A DNA stretch of 64,000 nt from a bacterium (GTDB lineage Bacteria > Patescibacteriota > Saccharimonadia > UBA4664): the NCBI GenBank assembly GCA_016699105.1, contig CP064960.1, positions 747,696 to 811,695 on the forward strand, written 5' to 3'. Below the pieces are notes generated by a model that ran no database searches, was not told where the DNA came from, and worked only from the letters and a program-made list of their open reading frames with translations. Below, one piece after another: positions 63,351 to 64,000 of this stretch. The stretch's first letter is position 1. Each line of letters starts with the position of its first letter. The translations under genes were made by a program, and so were the position numbers.

Positions 63351-63956
63351 TTATAGTTGTGTACGTAACCGTCGCGACTGTGGATTATCTAATTTTTTGA
63401 GATAATCTATGCCGTAATAGATTGAAGCTATCACAACGGGTGGATACGCACACGATGTACTCGAGCTGCTGATGTCAGCTAGAAGTTCAGGAATCGTAAA
63501 TACTTGTGGAACAAAATTGGCGCCTGGTTCGTCATATGCTTCGGTAGTGATATCGCCGCCTAGCGCTAAAAATGAATAGCATTTACCTGATTGGCGGCTG
63601 GAATCAAAATAAGATTGGGCGGTTAGGTAAATTTGGCCACCTGTGTATCCGATTTCTTCCTGCAGTTCTCGAACGACTGTCTGCTCCGGATTTTCGTTAC
63701 CATCGATTAAGCCAGCTGGTATTTCACGCTGAACAGATGCAATTCCGGGACGATAGTGGTCAAGTAGCCATACTCTGTCGCGAGAATCAATAACTACGGC
63801 CAGCACAAAATCATGTGTTTTTGTGAGGAAATAAGGATCTAATATATGCCCATCTGAGGTTTTTAACGCATGTTCCCAAACACTCAAAAATGGAGAGCAG
63901 ATGAGCTGTTTGCTCCTGATACTAGTCCATGTGGCAAACTTAGCCAACGGTCTCAT
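63351..63956 (-). CDS. NUDIX hydrolase
   Basis: Nudix box AGLIDGNENPEQTVVRELQEEIG. Confidence 0.7.
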   Translation of the reverse strand: MRPLAKFATWTSIRSKQLICSPFLSVWEHALKTSDGHILDPYFLTKTHDFVLAVVIDSRDRVWLLDHYRPGIASVQREIPAGLIDGNENPEQTVVRELQEEIGYTGGQIYLTAQSYFDSSRQSGKCYSFLALGGDITTEAYDEPGANFVPQVFTIPELLADISSSSTSCAYPPVVIASIYYGIDYLKKLDNPQSRRLRTQL

Positions 63957-64000
63957 ATTTATTTTTTCGTTGAGAGCGTAGCGATAGTAGTAGCAGTGTC

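Overview
This 64-kb window is from a small-genome bacterium. Its gene content suggests a Patescibacteria/CPR (Saccharibacteria-like) lineage: reduced central metabolism (eno, gpmA, serA-serC-glyA), many NUDIX hydrolases, VirB2/TrbC-like pilins with Pro/Thr linkers, GT-C mannosyltransferases and GH130 genes. That lineage call is an inference, not proven. About 80 protein genes, one tRNA-Gln(UUG) and no CRISPR are present. The standard genetic code appears to apply, because long ORFs end on TGA. 

Core genes present: eno, gpmA, apbE, trxB, a Fur-family regulator, def, a vanX-like dipeptidase, dapE-like and dapF-like genes, cysS, recR, ybaB, nrnA, dnaB, dnaX, rdgB, rplJ, rplL, serA, serC, glyA, dcd, and a fused tmk-thyX.

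Main findings:
1. A tRNA-Gln-anchored accretion island of about 6.5 kb (24943..31539). It is bounded and subdivided by four degenerate direct repeats of the tRNA 3' end plus its terminator. Cargo is an NYN protein, two hypotheticals, an HD-domain dGTPase-like protein, a small membrane protein, a Fic protein with a palindromic operator, a MazG-like protein and a GNAT. This is the best candidate for a novel defence or toxin module.
2. A 480-bp structured leader between the dapE-like and dapF-like genes. It has a T-box-like motif (AGGATGGGACCGCG) fused to a terminator, a His-rich 19-aa uORF and two further terminators.
3. Three tandem VirB2/TrbC-like pilin genes with Pro/Thr-rich tandem repeats.
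4. A mannosylation and mannoside locus: a GT39-like transferase, two tandem-GH130 proteins, a DPM1-like GT2, a GT-C transferase and GtrA.
5. Unusual fusions: SerC-NUDIX and Tmk-ThyX.
6. About 30 genes carry apparent single-base frameshifts at short homopolymers. These cluster between 32.6 and 39.7 kb and are absent between 42 and 50 kb. This is most likely consensus error rather than pseudogenisation, and it must be resolved before any gene-loss claim is made.
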